A stretch of DNA of 64,000 nt from an uncultured Gammaproteobacteria bacterium. Its GTDB lineage: Bacteria > Patescibacteriota > Patescibacteriia > XYB2-FULL-38-15. Where the stretch lies: NCBI GenBank assembly GCA_965231095.1, contig OZ246416.1:436380-500379 (forward strand), given 5' to 3'. Both the position numbers and the translations under genes were made by a program. This document shows, one piece after another, positions 63,041 to 64,000 of this stretch (the stretch's first letter is position 1; each line of letters begins with the position of its first letter). The notes beneath the pieces were generated by a model. That model saw nothing but the letters and a program-made list of their open reading frames with translations, ran no database searches and was not told where the DNA came from.

Positions 63041-64000
63041 TTAGTAAATTCTCGTCAAGACAGTTTCTTCGGCAACAAGCGGCGTGCCCAAAGTATAAGT
63101 GATGCTCGTTGGCACAGAAAGAACATTGGATAACTGGAATTTATTGGCGGTGAAACCGGCCGTAGAAATCAAGCGCTTCTCTGCCCCCTCTACATAATAT
63201 TTATCAGTCGTGCCGGTGTATTGAATCACGGCGCCGGTCGGATGTTTGTCGGTTGTGATATCGCTCCCAAAAGTATAATCAACCCAGAAAACCAGCGGCA
63301 CATCAATTATCTTTGTCGCCCAAGCAGAGCCGTAAAGTGTAGAGGCGCGAGCTTCGGTCGGAACCCAGCGAAGCAAACCACCCGGCTCAACCGCGTAGAC
63401 CTTGGGATCTGTTTGGATTTTTAAAAGTACTGTGCCCGGCCGGACAGTGACGTTATGGCCCAAAGTAATTCCCTGCAATTGCGAGGCGGGAATATTTTTT
63501 ATGCCAGAAAAATCAACATACCAACTCTTGTAGGTTTTTTCATTTGGGAAAAGATGTCGCTTGCCGTCAGAACCGTAATAGTAAACTGAAGTGGAAAGCG
63601 AACTCTTAATCAAATCTCCCACGCTCAAAGAAACCGGAGTTTCCCCAACTGGCGGAGTTTCGCCCGGAGCCGAGAAAACAACGGAAACTGTTTGACTCAA
63701 AACCACGCCCGCGGCGGTGGCCGTATAAGTTGAAGTTCCGGCCGTGCTTGATTTAACTTCAAAAGTGGCTACGCCGTTTGCCCCGGTTGTGCCGGTCACG
63801 GTTGTAATTGTGTCAGAAGATCCGCGAGAAGAAGCAAGAGTTACAACTTTTCCGGAGAGAAGATTGGAACTCGCGTCTTTAACGGTTACTGTAACAGTTG
63901 ATTTGGAGGTGCCATTGGCCACGACCGAGGTTGGCGTAGCGGAAACCGTTGAATTTGCGGTGGAGACAGCCGAGGCGGAATAAGTAATGGAAAAATTCGC
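63041..64000 (-). CDS. Invasin/Ig-like surface protein with the CPR-type C-terminal domain (5' end outside the window)
   Basis: Frame open to 64000 (ANFSITYSAS..VSATPTSVVANG); same C-terminal domain as the two neighbours. Confidence 0.8.
   Translation of the reverse strand, partial: ANFSITYSASAVSTANSTVSATPTSVVANGTSKSTVTVTVKDASSNLLSGKVVTLASSRGSSDTITTVTGTTGANGVATFEVKSSTAGTSTYTATAAGVVLSQTVSVVFSAPGETPPVGETPVSLSVGDLIKSSLSTSVYYYGSDGKRHLFPNEKTYKSWYVDFSGIKNIPASQLQGITLGHNVTVRPGTVLLKIQTDPKVYAVEPGGLLRWVPTEARASTLYGSAWATKIIDVPLVFWVDYTFGSDITTDKHPTGAVIQYTGTTDKYYVEGAEKRLISTAGFTANKFQLSNVLSVPTSITYTLGTPLVAEETVLTRIY

Noticed and set aside
58043-63625. DGR template/variable-repeat pair between the similar 3' ends of surface genes
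   Set aside because: Differences are spread over all bases and look largely synonymous, consistent with ordinary paralogy.
1-64000. Alternative genetic code (TGA read-through as in Gracilibacteria/Absconditabacteria)
   Set aside because: Conserved genes are full length under code 11, and TGA ends genes such as pyrG, ftsE-adjacent ORFs and murD at expected positions.

Overview
A 64-kb chromosomal segment that looks like a Patescibacteria/CPR (Parcubacteria/ABY1-like) genome. The taxon is inferred from the gene set, the AT-rich starts without SD motifs and the CPR-type surface-protein domains. Almost all genes are on the minus strand. Contents: a glycosylation block with DUF4012 and GT2 genes; ftsEX; a split cell-wall cluster (prsA-like, divIC, murE, murD, murG, ftsW, mraY, murA); iscS/nifU/iscU; rpmA, rplI and pyrG; a dTDP-sugar/glycosyltransferase locus (rfbA, rfbB, rfbD, an FdtA-like cupin, GT-C/GT2/GT4 genes, a UDP-glucuronate decarboxylase); an S8 protease; three tandem Ig-like surface proteins with a shared C-terminal domain; and four tRNAs (Gln, Gly, Thr, Lys). 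No CRISPR array, rRNA, integrase, transposase or reverse transcriptase was seen. The most unusual signals are: (1) degenerate 7/8-nt-period tandem arrays at gene junctions and in frame inside murE (three), murD and iscS, one interrupted by a 33-nt palindromic insert; (2) GC-rich single-gene units, each with terminator, sigma70 promoter, purine-rich RBS, ORF and terminator, slotted between housekeeping genes and encoding divergent stand-alone domains (LeuA-allosteric-like, GGDEF, hexose-dehydratase-like); (3) a 128-bp MITE-like element with a TTG duplication abutting a -35 box; (4) a Trax/translin-like RNase gene in the murD-murE operon; and (5) a tRNA-Thr with paired changes at D-loop position 18 and T-loop position 55.
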